NCBI GenBank assembly: GCA_958009085.1 | Contig: OY253677.1 | Location: 310,001-374,000, forward strand | Length of the DNA stretch: 64,000 bases | Source: Protoeuglena noctilucae | Taxonomy: Eukaryota | Reading direction: 5' to 3' | Part shown: one piece after another, positions 11,960 to 25,880 of the stretch | How positions within the stretch are numbered: position 1 is the first letter of the stretch | How the letters are laid out: every line of letters begins with the position of its first letter | Position numbers and translations under genes: made by a program | The notes under the pieces: model-generated | Seen by the model: only the letters and a program-made list of their open reading frames with translations | Told to the model about the DNA's origin: nothing | The model's database searches: none

Positions 11960-14900
11960 TCACGCCTCCCACGCCGTCACCGCCCGCGACGCCACCCGCG
12001 AGGCCCCCGCGTCCTTCCCCGCCTCTGTGTCGGCGCTGTCGGCGTCGTGCCCCCGCGCGCGCTTGGCACCGGCTTTCCTCTTGCCCTTCCTGCGGCGGCA
12101 GATCAGGGCCACGACGACGACGGCGACGATGCTGGCGAGCGCGATGAAGCCGACGATGCACCACACGGCGATGGCGGGGCCACGGCTGAGGGGCAGGCCG
12201 AGGTTGGACGGGCTGCCCGACGACGCACTGCCGCCGCTGGGCGACGCGGTGTTAAGGGAAATGATGGGCGTGTCCGTCATCTGCAGCGACCCGCTGCGGA
12301 AGTACACGCCATGAGAGGACAGCTCCGACTCGACTGCGGGCGAGGAAAGGGGCTGGATGTTGGCTGTGGGGTTAGACAGAGTGCGCGTGCGCCTGCTAAT
12401 GCTGCGTGGATGGTTTGCAAATAAGTGCATGGGGACCGCTGCAGCACGAGGCATGCGTGCGCCTCCATCGACTCACCGGTAGAGAGGGACAGCCCCTGGA
12501 TGTCGGCGCTGAGCGTGCCCGCCTGGCCCTGGCTCGTGGCCCCAACGTTAAGGAGGATGAGGACGGCGAGGGAGGAGGATGTGAGGGAGCGGCCCGCAGA
12601 CGGGCGGTCCTCCCTTGACAAAAGCTTCCGTCGGCCGCTGGCAGGGGTGGCGGTGACCGTGTAATAAGGCGCGAGCTTGGTCGTAACTTGGCTGGACGCG
12701 GTGGGCTGGGTGGGACTGGGCCCGGGGCTGGGCGTCGCGCTGCTCCCCTGGCTGGCGCCCACCTGGCACTGCACCATGCTGGGGCTGACCTGCGAGGTGC
12801 GTGCAGGCTTGGCGCACATCGCGACACGGCTGCGGGGCGGTGGCAGGCCACGTGCGAAGCCTTCTACGCATGCGATTGCATTGCAGGGGCGGTGGCGCGG
12901 CCGGCCCACCTGGAGCGCCGCAGCAAAGGCAGCCTGGGCGTCCTGGGCGACGGCGGCCAGGTCGGTGAAGTTGGAGGTAAGGGTGATGGAGAACTCGGCG
13001 GTGACGAGGTAAGGGGCGTTGACGGCGGACACGGGCGGGGAGGTGCCCAGGGGAGCGTCGCGGGCAGGGGGCGTGGCTGCCGTCGCGGTCGGGACGGGCG
13101 CGAAGGCGGGGGTCGGGGACGGGGCGGGGCTCTGCGGCACGGCGACGCCCGTGCCGACCGCAAGGGGCATGGCCACGTCAACGCCGACGGTGCTGGCATA
13201 GGGCGACAGTGTGGAGGTGCCGTCCGTGTTGTGGATCTGCACCGTGAAGAGCTCGATGGACATGCCCAGGATCTGGGGATAGGACCACCCGTTCTGGTCC
13301 CACCCGCCCGCGTAGATCTCCGTCCATGCGCCCTCCTGCAAGCGGATCGCAGAAAAGCCTCGATATGAAGATGTCGAGCATCCAACCTGCACCTATGGCT
13401 GGCTTCGTGTTAACAGCGGCCCTCGCCTGGATCTCCACGTACGCCTCGGACGCGAAAGGGTTGCCGGGGCATATGCTGGAGGTGTCGTTGCTCCTGTTGA
13501 TGTCCGGCATGTCGTCGTAGCACGAAGTAGTCTGCAGCACGTCGCCGTGCACGGGGTCGTAGGTAAAGACGCTCATCACCGTGTCGTAGGTGCTGTTGCA
13601 GAGCGTGATTCGAGCCACGCACTGCTGGCCACCGCAGTTGCCGGTGGTTCTGCGGAGTGGAACGGGGGGTGACCAGTTGGAAGTGGCGATGGCTGGGGTG
13701 GGCAGAACAGAGGCTGGCTTGCATGGACGGCTCCCAGGCCTCGGTGCAACCATACACAGTCTCTCAGATACAGGATCGTCGGCGCTTCCGTCATCGCAAG
13801 CGCAGCGCCCGCCCCGTGCGACCCCCTGCTGCTCACCGGAAGGCGTAGAAGGCCGACGCGCCGGGGCTGTTGAAGGAGGAGGATTGGCACGCCACCGAGA
13901 CGTTGTTGGTGTAGGGCCACATCTCGATGCGGAGCGTGGTGGCGAAGGGGAGCTGGTCCACCATGATGGGGTTGTCCATTGTGTCCCCCAGCGGCGCCCG
14001 GGTGTCGTTTAGCGTCACGGCATACACGCCCCCGTCTGCAGGGTGCGGGGTGCAGGGTAAATGGCATGCTGACACACGCTGGGCCCATGAGCACTCGACA
14101 GCAGAGTGTCTCACAGAGTATGAGCAGGACCCACGCTGCTCACCAAAGTTTTCATCTAACGAGGACGCCACCGCGTCAATGAAGACGCTGGGGGGTCCCA
14201 GGTAGGCGGCCCGCTTGGCATCCACCACCCCGGTCTGCCCCGTGGCGTTCCCTGAGGCATCGTACATGGGCCGAGGGATGGCGCCACCATCCATGCTGAC
14301 GTCGACGTTGACAGTCTGCGGCTGGTTCCAGTTGCCTGAGGAGGAAGACTGGGGTTAGGGGTGTTGGAGGGCAACAACCAGGGAGCGGTTTGGAAGCATG
14401 TCATGCACGCGGGCGCTCACCGGGCGTGAAGGTGAGGGTCGCGGGGGACACGGAGACATCCGGCCAGGAGGTGGACACGCTGACGGTGACCGTGTCCGAG
14501 GGGGGGGCGGCCAGGGCCAGGCCGACCGACTGCTGGTCGTTGCGGGTGGTGATGCCCAGCGCCTGGACGGTGCTCCTGAGCGCAGCCTTGGTCAGCGCCC
14601 GGGAGTACACGAGGGTGGACGTGCCCATGCTGGCGTCCTGGGTGACAGCGTCGGGCGTGGCCTCGGACCCTGCAGGCGGCGGACGGGGACAGCGGTGAGG
14701 AGGGCACCGTTACAACGAGACACAGAGGTGCGGGCGGTGATGCGAGAGCCCCTCACTGGCGACGAGGTGCTTGAGGGCCATCAGGTCGATCTCAGGCGAG
14801 TGGCCCAGGAAGGTCGAGGCGGCCCCGGCGGCAATGGGCGTGGCCATGCTGGTGCCGCTCAACACCTGCCAGGTGCCGGTGCAGCCCCCGCTGTTGCCGT

Positions 14901-16619
14901 CATTGCATGCTCCCAGGATGCTCATGCCGGGCGCGAACACGTCCACGCAGGGCCCGAGGTCGCTGAAGGGCGCCACGTCATCCATGTACTGGGGGCTGTC
15001 GGACCGAGAGGCGCCCACCGTGACGGCGAAGGCGGACGAGGCGGGCCACTGGTCGCAAGCGTTGGCGGCGTCGTTGCCGGCCGCCACGAAGGGCAGCACC
15101 CCCGCCTGCAGCAGCGCCCGCATGTGCCGGCTGCTGTCCGAGTTGTGCCCGGACGAGCCCAGCGAGAAGGTGGCCACGCCCGGCACCCTGCCCGGGTTGG
15201 CGCTGGTGAAGTTGACCATGGCCCCGATGCCGGACACGAACGTGGCGTAGCTCCCGCTGCCGGCGTCGGCGATGATCTTGAAGGAGAAGATGCTCGACTC
15301 CTTGCTGGCGCCCGCCTGCTGCCCCGCCGCGAGACTGGCCACGTGCGTGCCGTGGCCGATCGGCCCTGCATGGGGCGGGGGGCGAGCACAGGCAGATGCA
15401 ACGCGGGATGGGACAACAGCTCAGGTAATTTCCTTTCGACTTCCCCGCACCTGTGTCGTTGGGCGACTCCCCCGCCGACGCGTACGCGTTGTACTCGAAG
15501 CTGACTCGGCTGAGGCTGGCGTCCGCCTCACACTGCTGCGTGGTGGCATTGCCCTTAAGAAACTCAGGGTGGCACTGCAAAGAGCGAAATGGGATAATCA
15601 GCGCTTGCAGCACGCGACTGTCTGGCCAAGGCATGATACTCTTGCCACCGCACGTGTCGCAGCGCCCCATCGGCAGACAGTCAGGTTACCTGAAACACCC
15701 CCGTGTCTGCCACATACACGTTGGCCCCCTGCCCATCCGAGTAGTAAATGTACTCGCCGTCCAGGGGGGCGCTGCGCTGGTCGATGCGGTCCAGATGGGT
15801 AAACTGCGGGGGGGGGTGCAGCACAGACTGGTCTTACCATCCCAAGCAACGGGCGTCATGCAGCACCCCTTCCATTCAAAGTATGAAGCCCACCTTCCCA
15901 GGCCCCATGTTGGTGATGGGCTCGACCGAGGCATCCGACCCCAGCATGAGCATGCGCCCAAAGGCTTGCATGGGCGCGTCCTCGTACACGCCCTCCACAT
16001 CAGGGCCCACGTCCGCCAAAGCACCCGGCAGCTCCTCCAGCGACGCTTCCACGACCATGCTCGTCCCCGCGTGGGTCACCAGAGCGTGACAGGATGGCCC
16101 GGGGCGGTCGGGACCGGGGGGCCCAAGGGCAGCGCACTTGCGCGACGCTGACTCCGCGTCACCCATCACCACCAGCCACCGTGGTGTCGCAGTACCTGCG
16201 GTGGTGCCCTGGCCGCGCCTGTATATGGGGAATCCAGCGCCACTGCGGGCGAGCGAGGAGCGAGATAGGATCGCGCGCGCCGAGGGGCCTGAACATGGGG
16301 ACGCGGGGCACCCGGGCAAGAGCTTGCATGAAACATGATGGCAATTGCTGGACCCGAGGGCCAGATGCGCAGCAGGGAACGCGCACGGCCAACCGCTCGA
16401 CTCGCATGTTTGCCATCGCCCTCGACGCACCATTAGCGACAGATACAGGAGCTGTGACTGCACAGATCTAGATAGCGATGCTCGGTGCAGCGTACGAGGC
16501 CATCCGGCGCACCTGTCGATGGATGTCATCGCCGCAGCGACGGCCTGCATGCCAGCCAGGAGCAGCGCGGCAACCAGCGTGCAACCGCAGCATCGGCTGG
16601 CGAGTATGGAGGTCATCAT
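11960..16619 (-). CDS. Subtilisin-like serine protease (S8A, proteinase K type) with long extracellular extension and C-terminal TM helix, copy 1
   Basis: Motifs are LDRIDQR..VYVADTG (Asp), GHGTHVAS (His), VAAGND (oxyanion Asn) and LSGTSMATP (Ser). The N-terminus is hydrophobic. The TM segment IAVWCIVGFIALASIVAVVVVALI is followed by RRRKGKRK. Confidence 0.88.
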
Positions 16620-17263
16620 CGCTTCCGAGGGTGTGGGCCACGACTGAAGTGCATTTGCTGCGGGACGCGGCCCGTCGGATTTGCACTCGCACGCGCCGAC
16701 TCTGAGGCTCGTCGGTAGCTCGCTGCAGTCTATGACTGCTTTCTGATATGTCGAGGCGCCATCACGCACGCGGCATCGTCTCGAGCTGCCGGGGGTCCGT
16801 CAGGCATGTCGTCGGACGGAGGGGGCGGCCCTGAGGCATCTGGAAAGGCAAAGAGACCCTTCTTTGATGTATAATGAGGTATAGCGTCTTCTTGGTTGAT
16901 CGGCGTGCCCGGCGAGCTCACATTTGCGCGTAGCGAGTCCCAGAACGGTTCAGATCGCTCGCGCGCGCTTGGAAGACCAAGGCCCCCGATGGCGGAGCCA
17001 AAAGCAGGAAAGATCGATTGACAGCCAATAAAACGGCTGCCGGCAGAAAGAAGGGTCGAGGGTCTCGGGTTACGTCAAAATCACGGCCAACAGGGTCCGG
17101 AGAGGGCAAAAGATGGAAAGGGGCGCGAAGGGGCGCCAAAACACCAACATCACCAGGTCTTGCGCGCCATGATCGGCGCCGGTGACGGGGCGCTCACGAC
17201 GTGCGACGCATCACGTGCACATGTGGGCGGCGCAAGCACCCAGATGCACGGTCGACTGCAGCC

Positions 17264-20200
17264 CTAGACGACGACCACGGTGTTGCGGGGCTCGTTGCGG
17301 GCCCCCACATCGACGGAGGAGGACGTGGGCGTCGGCTCCGACGATCCCCAGGCGGCCCCGCCGCGGCGCTTGCTGCTGAAGAGGCGGCGGTGGACCCGAC
17401 GCTCCTCCTCCTCATCCGTGTACGCAGCCCGCGACCTGCGGCGAGTCACCAAGCCATACATCACCCGCCGTCACATGCCGAGCGCCCCAGGCCCCACGCG
17501 GGGCCACTTGCGGCAGGTCTCACCTCCGGCGCACCGCGACGACGGCCCCCGCGACGATCCCCGCTACCGCCACCCCCGCCACGGCCACGCCGCACCAGGC
17601 GAGGATGGCGGGGACGCGCGGGACGTGGAAGCCAAAGTACGTGGCGGGGCTGCTCTTGGGGGAGCTGGGGGTCGCGGGGTGGTAGGCGGCGTTCTTGGCC
17701 ACCACGGGCGGCTGCTGGAGCTGCAGCGAGTTGGACTGGACGGGCAGGCCCGCGTCCGACAGCTTGGCCTCGACCGTGGCCGCGTCGGCGCCCTGGATCA
17801 TGGAGCTGAGGGAGTCGGCGGCCGCCGTGCTGGGTGCCCCCACCTGCACCTGCATGCTCACAGTGGTGCTGGCACGGGCCAGGGGGCGCCGCGCGGGGCG
17901 ACGGGCCGCGGACTCTGCCGCCGCATCGCCGAGGCCGCGGGGCAGGGCGACCCGCGCGCTCCCGAGGGGCGGCAGCGGGCCGCGCCCCTCGCCCAGGGGC
18001 CGGCGGGGGGGCGCCACGTCGCGGAGCGGGGCGATGTGCACTCCGGTCACGGCCGCGCTCGCGGGCCCGAACGTGGAAGCCGGGGCCGACAGCGCCGCCG
18101 TCACGGCCACCTCGCTCACGTCGACCCCCAGGAGAACCGCGAAGGCCTGGCGGACGTTGAGCTCGACGATGGCGGTGTCCACCGAGCCGTCGGCCAGGGT
18201 GACCACGTACACGGCCGTGACGTCGAAGGGGCTGGGGACGACGGGGGGGGCGGTGGCCGCCGGAGTGGGCGTCAGGGTCGAGGGGGATGGCGCCGGGGTG
18301 CTGGCCGGGGCGGGCGTGACAGGCGCTTGCGTGGTGATCGGGGCGATGCTCTGGGGAGGGCTAGTGGGGGCGGGGGCCTGCGGAGGTGAAGGTGGGCGAG
18401 GTTCGACCAGTTGCTGGAGGGTGGGGCATGGCAGGGCAGCGAGCTCCAGCAATGCAAAGCACTTCAGAGCAATTGACCCTTCCCGCGCGCGCCCCTCGCC
18501 TTGGTGGGTGCTGGCGTGGCGGGAGCGGACGTGGTGGGAGAGGGGGTGGCGGGTGTGGCCTGGCCCGGTGAAGACGGGGTGGATGAGCTCGGCGAGGAGG
18601 GAGTGGCAGCGGGGGTCGAGGAGGGCGGCGGGGTCGGGGCCGCGGTGGGCGCGGGGGTGGGCACAGGCGGGGGTGGCGTGGCAGGTGCGGCAGGTCCAGT
18701 CGGCATGGCGACGCCGGTGCCCTTCTTGAGCGGGAAGGCCGAGTCGACAGTCAGGGACCCCGAGTGCGCGTTGAGCTGGCTGCCAGAGGAGGAGGAGGAC
18801 GTGCTGGCGACGGTGTAGAGGGAGATGTCGACTCCGAGGATCTGGGGGAACGACCAGCCCTGTTGGTCCCACCCGCCCGCGTAGACCAGCATCCACGTGT
18901 TGGTCTGCGGGGAGGGGTCGGGAGGTTGTCGCGTCGGCGACTGAGAAGTGGGGGCGTGGAGTTGAACGAGGTGCTGGGAGGCTAAACGGTGCTTGCCTGG
19001 ACGTAAACGTAGACCTGGGAGGCGTAGGGGTTGTTCGGGCATATGCTCGAGGTGTCGTTGCTCCTGTTGATGTCCGGCATGTCGTCGTAGCAGGTGGTGG
19101 ACTTGAGGACCGCGTCGTTAACGGGGTCGTACGTGGCGACGCTCATCACCGTGTCGTAGGTGCTGTTGCAGAGTGTGATGCGAGCCACGCACTGCTGGCC
19201 GCCGCAGTCGGAGGTGGCTCTGGGGGACGGCGTTGAGACAGCAGTCAGACAGAGCGGCGCGCTCGCATACACCTAGGCTGGATGGGTGCCACGGTGGCCC
19301 TCCACCTCACTCACTTGAAGGCGAAGTAGGCGTCCGCACCGCCCTTGAAGGAGCTCGACTGGCACGCCGACGACACGTCCACGTTGTAAGGCCACTCCTC
19401 GATGCGGAAGGCCGCCGAGTAGGGCAGCTGCGTGACCACGATGGGATTCTGCATGGTGTCACCCAAAGGGGCCCGGGTGTCCGCCAGTCGCACCGAATAG
19501 ACACCCGCATCTGCGGGTGAGAGGGGCGGCGGCATGGTCGTGCAAGGGAGCACATGAGAGCTTGGCGATCGCGGCGTGGCATCGCGCCCCGGGGCCCCCC
19601 ACCAAAGTCGCCGTCGGATGAGGACGCCACCGCGTCGATAAAGACGCTCGCGGGGCCCAGGTAGGCCGCGGAGGTGGGCTCCACCACCCCGGTCTGCCCC
19701 GTGGCGTTCCCGGAGGCATCGTACATGGGCCGGGCCAGGGCGCCGCCGTCCATGCTGACGTTGACATTGACCGTCTGGGCCTGGTTCCAGTTGCCTGCGA
19801 GTAAGCGAGCGAAGGAGAGGCGTGGCATGCAGAGGGGCAGGCAGGCAGCGAGGTCGTCCCCACACCCATCTGACTGTTGCACTGCGATCGGCGAGGCAAG
19901 GATGGCGCAACTCACTTGAGGTGAAGGTGAGCGAGGCCGGGGACACGGTGACGCCGGACCAGGTGCTCGAGACGGCCACCGTCACGTCCGCGGCTGGCTG
20001 GGCCGCCAGCTGCAGGCCCACGCTGGTGCTGCCCACGCGGGTGGTGATGTCCCACAGCTGGACCGTCGCGGTGAGGGCCTTCTTGGTCAGCGCCCGGGAG
20101 TACACGAGGTTGGTCGTACCCTTGGACGCGTGCTGCGTGATGGCGCCGGACGTGGCCGTCAGGCCTGCGGGGAGCGGGGTGGGCGCAGGTGTTCGCCAAC

Positions 20201-22606
20201 GAGCGAGGCGGTGGATGGATGCGGGGTCGTGGTCTGTCTGCGGGCGAAGCACCAAGGCATCTCTGCTGCCGCCGCTCACTCTCGACGATATGCTTTAAGG
20301 CAAGGATGTCGATCTCCGTGTGCAGGGCCAGGTAAGACGCAGCGGACCCTGCCACGATGGGCGTGGCCATGCTGGTGCCGCTGAGGACGTGCCAGGGGCC
20401 ACTGCCGCACTCGGCTGACGAACTCTGGGGCGGGGGTAGGAAGGGCACAGCTAATGAGACGAGCAGGTGGCACGACGAGCAGTCGGCAGGCACCATCCAT
20501 GGAGCAGTGCGGCTGTCGTCAGGGCGAGGCCCCACCGCGATCCCCCACCTCGTTGCATGCCCCGACGTCGTTGACACCCGGGGCGAAGATGTCCACGCAC
20601 TTGCCCACGTTGCTGAAGCTGGCGAGAGCGTCCATGTAGGCCGCCGAGTCGGCACGGGAGGCGCCGACCGTGATGCCCCTGAAGCGACGGGCGGGCGAGG
20701 GTGCGGGGGTTCGGGCACACGCCACGGGGCGCGGCTGGGCACCGTGGGCTCAGACGGGCACGCCGCAGCTCGCCGGCGCTCACCAGGCGGAGGCCGAGGG
20801 CCACGAGGTGCATGCGTCCACGCCGTCGTTGCCGGCCGCGACGACGGGGAGGATGCGCGCCTGCACCAGGTTCTTTAAGAGGCGGCTGCTGTCCGAGTTG
20901 TTGCCAGCAGAGCCCTGAGAGGGAGCAGGAGCAGCCAGGTGGGATTGGGGGGTGCCCGCGTGTCAGAGTCCCAGGCAGTGACCCCGAGAGCTGTGCAGCA
21001 GGTCACCAGGGACATGTGACTGACCGCACATCATATCATGGACACGTAGCATACAGCGGCGACCCTGGGTCCATGCCTCGCCAACTCTCACCAGGGACAT
21101 GTTGACGACCGCGGGCGTCAGGGGTGGCGTCTGGGCACCCATGGTGAGCATGGAGTCTGCGGGGGCGGGTGCATGGGGTGCCACGTGACCGCCTCGAGCA
21201 CCTGCCGTCAACGTGGCATGCATGCTTGGTGCGGCCCGCCCTGCGCCCTCACCCACGCCCTGCGTCAGGGCCGTGTAGCTCCCCGAGCCGCTGTCCTGGA
21301 CCACCTTGAACGAGTAGATGTTTGCGCTCTTGGCCACGCCGGCCTGGTTGCCCGCCGCGAGGCTTGCCACGTGTGTGCCGTGGCCAATGGTGCCTGGGGA
21401 CGTGAAACGGGAAGCGGGAGGGGTCAAGGAGTGATAGTGCAGAAAATATGAGGAGACACATCACTACCTCTCACCTGTGTCGTTGGGGCTCTCGGAGGAG
21501 AAGGCGTTGAATTTGAAGTTGACGCGGCTGACGCTGGCGTTGCTCTGGCAGTCCGTCTGCGTCGACCCCGATTTGAGGAACTCGGGGTGGCACTGCACGG
21601 GAGGGCGAAGAGGAACGGGGAAGCGTCGCCGGTCACGACACCCGCAGCTTGCTAGCGTGAATGGCATCCGCCAAGCGCGAGTGTACATGCCCGGCCATCA
21701 GGAGATGCCATCTGATGATGCCCACCTGGAACACGCCAGTGTCGGCAATGAAGACGTTTGCTCCAGTGCCCTGGGAGTAGTAGATGTACTTGGAATCCAG
21801 GGGAGGGTTTCGCTGATCGATGCGGTCCAAGTGAGTGAACTGCGGGGCACGGGGCAATGGCGGCACCATGGCGATCACCCGGCCTCCACAGTATGCATGG
21901 CACAGCTTGCTGGGCCGACCGCTGCCCGACCAGCGCCTCACCTGCCCGATGTTGCTCCCAAGGCTGACGATGGCTTCCGTCTGCGCGTTGGAGCCCGTTT
22001 GCTGCAAAAGGCGGCCAGTGATGTACAGCTCTTGGTCCTCATACACCCCGACAACAGCGTCGGAGAGGTCGGCCAGTCCCTCATGCAGGTCACCCTCGGC
22101 GCCCTGTACCACCATGCCCAGCCCCACGCGCGTCAGCACGCCGTGGCAACCCAGGCCGCCCTGCCCCGCTGCGCTCCCCGACCCGAGCCGCTGGCACAGC
22201 GCCTGCGCCCGCCCCTCGGACCCGGGCTCCAGCGTGACCAGCCACCGGGCAGAGGACGCCTCCGAGAGGTCCCTGGGCCGCGCAGGCTGCAAGTGCCGCT
22301 TGTAAACGGTGAACCCCGACGGACTGCGCGACCAAGGGGGCGCAGGCACGTCCGCGGGGGCGCCCTCGACTTGCACGACATGAGGCCGCGCCTCCGCGGG
22401 CCCGGCGCTCCGCTGGCGACACGGCTGGCAGGATGCGGCTGCATGTGTCCCAGTACGTCGCGCGAGACAGGCCTCGCACGGACTTCCCCGCTGCGCGGGA
22501 CGCACCTGGCCACGGAAGACATAGCGGCACGGACGGCCGCTGCGAGGGAGAGAGCGGCCAGGATCCCGAGCCCGCATCCGCGGGCGGCACGAGCGAGCGT
22601 CCTCAT
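17264..22606 (-). CDS. Subtilisin-like serine protease (S8A) with extracellular extension and C-terminal TM helix, copy 2 (tandem paralog)
   Basis: Signal peptide MRTLARAARGCGLGILAALSLAAAVRA; motifs LDRIDQR..VFIADTG, GHGTHVAS, VAAGND and LSGTSMATP; TM AILAWCGVAVAGVAVAGIVAGAVVAV. Exon layout parallels copy 1. Confidence 0.88.
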
Positions 22607-23691
22607 CGTCGCCGAGCGTCCCGGGCGCCGCGAGCACTCATTTATCACAGGTAGTAAACCCCGCGGCCTTCGGGAGGGCCCCCGCGCCGCGCGAAGTGTC
22701 TGCGGGATGCGCGGAGATCAGCAGGCGACAGCAAACGAGCGGACACGACTGCAGGCCCGGCCGCAGCGATCGGGGGACGAGCCCCGCGCCGGGCCCGGCT
22801 CGACTCAGGCGGGTTCCCACCCGCAATGACTGGCGGTGGGGAACCGCGCCGCCTGGCGCGCCCGTAGGCCTCGAGCCGCGAGCGGGTGCGAGATAGTCTT
22901 TAACCATCGCCACACGGAGAGTTTGGAGACGCGGTTCCCTTCCCTCGAGCGGGTCTCCACTGGATTGGCGCGCTGGCGACTGTCCCGCGCACGTCGAGGA
23001 GGTGTGGCGCTGGAGATTGACGCGTGGTGAGTGTGTGAGGTAGGCGGGGCCGCCGTCGGCCGCGGGTCCGGGCCAGGGGCGCCGCTTCTGAGGCGAGAGG
23101 GTCGCGTTGTTGCGGGCCCTGATTTCCGGGGAACGAGGGCCCGTCCGGCGCCGAGTCGTCGCCCAGAGCTTGAAGGGCGGTCCAGCGGGGGCCGCCGGAG
23201 CGTCCAGCCTCTTAGACCTGGGATTTCCTTGCCGCTCGATGATGCGCGCGAGGCCAGGCGCTCCCCCGCGTTTGCTGGGCCCCGTTGTTGCGATGGTTTT
23301 TTCCCGCGCATCGATCGGGGAGCCCGCGCGGCTGCTTGCGCGCTGGGGGGCTTCGTCTTCTGCCTGCACTTGAGGCGGTCCCTGGCGCCCGATTTTGGCG
23401 CACTCTCCGCGACTTGGGGACGCGCACGCTTCCTGGCAACCGTGGAATGCCAGGGGACCACCGGCAAGGGCGGGGGACTGGCCGTGCGCGCCCCGCGTTT
23501 GACCGTCTGTGGGTGCCGACATGATCCCGCCTCGCGCGCGCTCGCCTAGCGACGCGCGCGGGTCGACCGCTTGCGCGACGGAGCGGCATGTGAACTGACA
23601 TCTCGCACTGCAACGCCCCCCCTCAGACCATCGAGAGACGAGCGCTGGAGGGGATCTGCCGGGCCCCGCTCGCGTTTGACGCGAGGCATCC

Positions 23692-25621
23692 ATGAGTTTC
23701 TGCTCGACGTCCGGCGCACCAGCGCCTTGCTCGCTTCCGGGGGCGCGTCTATGGCGCCGCGCGGCCGCAGGCCAGAGGAGGGGGCCGACGGCGACCGTGC
23801 AGGTGCGGCGGAGGAGCGCGCGGCCGCGGGGTTCGATTTGCCTCGCGCTCGTCGTCCGACACCCGATCACCGCTTCGCTCGCAGGCCACCTTCCGGGACG
23901 GGGCGGACACCGCGGGCCCCCGCCCCCCCCTGACACCTAGGGCTGTCTCGGCCCCGAGCGCGTCGCGGTCCGGGCAGCTGTCTCGCGAGGATGGGGCTTC
24001 TCGGGAGCTCTTGACCCAGAGCCAAGTGAGGCCGCGTGGCTGGGCGGGAGAGGGCGCGGCGTGCCACGTTGTGCGGCGCTGACCTGGGGTGTGCCCGGCG
24101 CGCGCCCGCAGGGGGTGTCGGGGCGGGAGGTGGAGGAGCGCGCCATGCAGTTGCAGATGGAGGCGCACCGCAGCTTCCCCCAGGGCCTGCCCCTCTCGTG
24201 CCCCTGCCCGCCCGGCCGGCTCGAGCGGGCGTACGAGCGGTGCGGGGAGATCACAGGGGAGTACGCCAAGACCTTCTACCTGGGCACGCAGCTGATGACG
24301 CCTGACAAGGCCCGGGCCATCTGGGCCATCTACGTGTGGTGCCGCCGCACGGACGAGCTGGTGGACGGGCCCAACGCGGCGCGCATCACACCGGCGGCCA
24401 TAGGTGCGAGGCTCAGAGAGCGGGGAGGGGCTGGCAGGGAACGGGGGCGGAGTGCGATGATGCCGACCGCGATGTCCTCGTGGCGCGGGCCCCACGCCCC
24501 CACGGTCGCCGTGTTCCGCAGACCAGTGGGAACGGAGGCTGGAGGCCATCTTCGAGGGCCGCCCGTACGACGAACTCGACGCCGCCCTCACGGACACCCT
24601 CACGCGCTTCCCCCTGGCCATCCAGCCCTTCCGGTGAGGGCAGGGGCCGGGTGGGCGGCCGCCCGGCAGCTCCCGCTCCCCGTCCCGGGACGTGGGCCCG
24701 ACCGCCGATCACGCCCCGCCTGTCGCAGTGACATGATCGAGGGCATGCGCATGGACCTGCGCAAGGCCCGCTACCAGACGTACGACGAGCTGTACGAGTA
24801 CTGCTACCGCGTGGCGGGCACGGTGGGCCTCATGTCAATGCCCGTCATGGGTCTCGACCCGGCCTGGAAGGGCGACATGGAACCCGTGTACCGCGCGGCG
24901 CTCGCGCTGGGGACGGCCAACCAGCTCACCAACATCCTGCGGGACGTGGGGGAGGACGCCTCCCAGCGCAACCGCATCTACCTGCCCCTCGACGAGCTGG
25001 ACGAGTTCGGCATCTCCGAGAAGGACGTGCTCAGGCGAGTCTCGCCGGGCGACGGCTGGGCGGGGTCCCCAGGGGGGGGTGGGGGACGATGGCGCGATGG
25101 GGAGGAGGTGCAGCATGCAGCGTGGGCGACGCGCGGGGCCGTGTCGTTGCTCGCAGGGGCATGTTCAGCGCGTCCACGGGGGAGATCGACGACCGGTGGA
25201 AGCGCTTCATGGCCTTCCAGATCGAGCGCGCGCGCCAGTGCTTCAACGCGGCCGAGGCGGGGGCAGACAAGGCGAGGGGCGGCGGGGGAGCAAAGCGTGA
25301 TAGAAGCGGGTTCTTCGACGCTCCCTGACTCGCTTTGACGAAGGCGCAGTCCCTCTTCTCGGCAAGAGTCGCACTGCCAACGCCCCGACGACCCCGGCCC
25401 CCCCGCAGCTGCACCCCGAGGCGCGGTGGCCCGTGTGGACGGCGCTCATCCTCTACCGCGGCATTCTCGACCAGATCGAGGCCAACGGGTACGACAACTT
25501 CACCAAGCGGGCCTACGTCTCCAAGACCAAGAAGCTGGCTTACCTGCCGCTGGGGTACCTGCGTGCCCTCGTCCCTGGCCTCGACCTCCCGGGCGTCTCC
25601 TCCCTCAAAGGCCGGCGCTGA
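23692..25621 (+). CDS. PSY: Phytoene synthase, plastid-targeted
   Basis: Motifs [50 protein letters not shown] and [10 protein letters not shown]. The first exon [23 protein letters not shown] is transit-peptide-like. Confidence 0.97.
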
Positions 25622-25880
25622 GGGTCGGTTGGGTCGGGGCGGCGTTATCTTAGCTCTTGGGCGTCAGTGCTCGCGCCACGCACGGGATGCGGCACGTATC
25701 CTGGCAGGGCCGTGCCAGCGCTTGAACCTGACGCACGTCGTAGCAAGGCCGCGGCGAAGGAAAACGAGTTTGATGCGCAGAGTACGGTGACATCGCTCAA
25801 ACCGCGCGCGCCGCGAGGCGCAGGGCCAGGGTGGCAAGGCGACTGGTGGCTGCCCCCTCGTGGCCGCCCCATCCGCCCCA

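Noticed and set aside
16730..16921. 63-aa ORF upstream of subtilase copy 1 as an extra exon or uORF
   Set aside because: I could not splice it in frame to the protease, and I recognise no homology.
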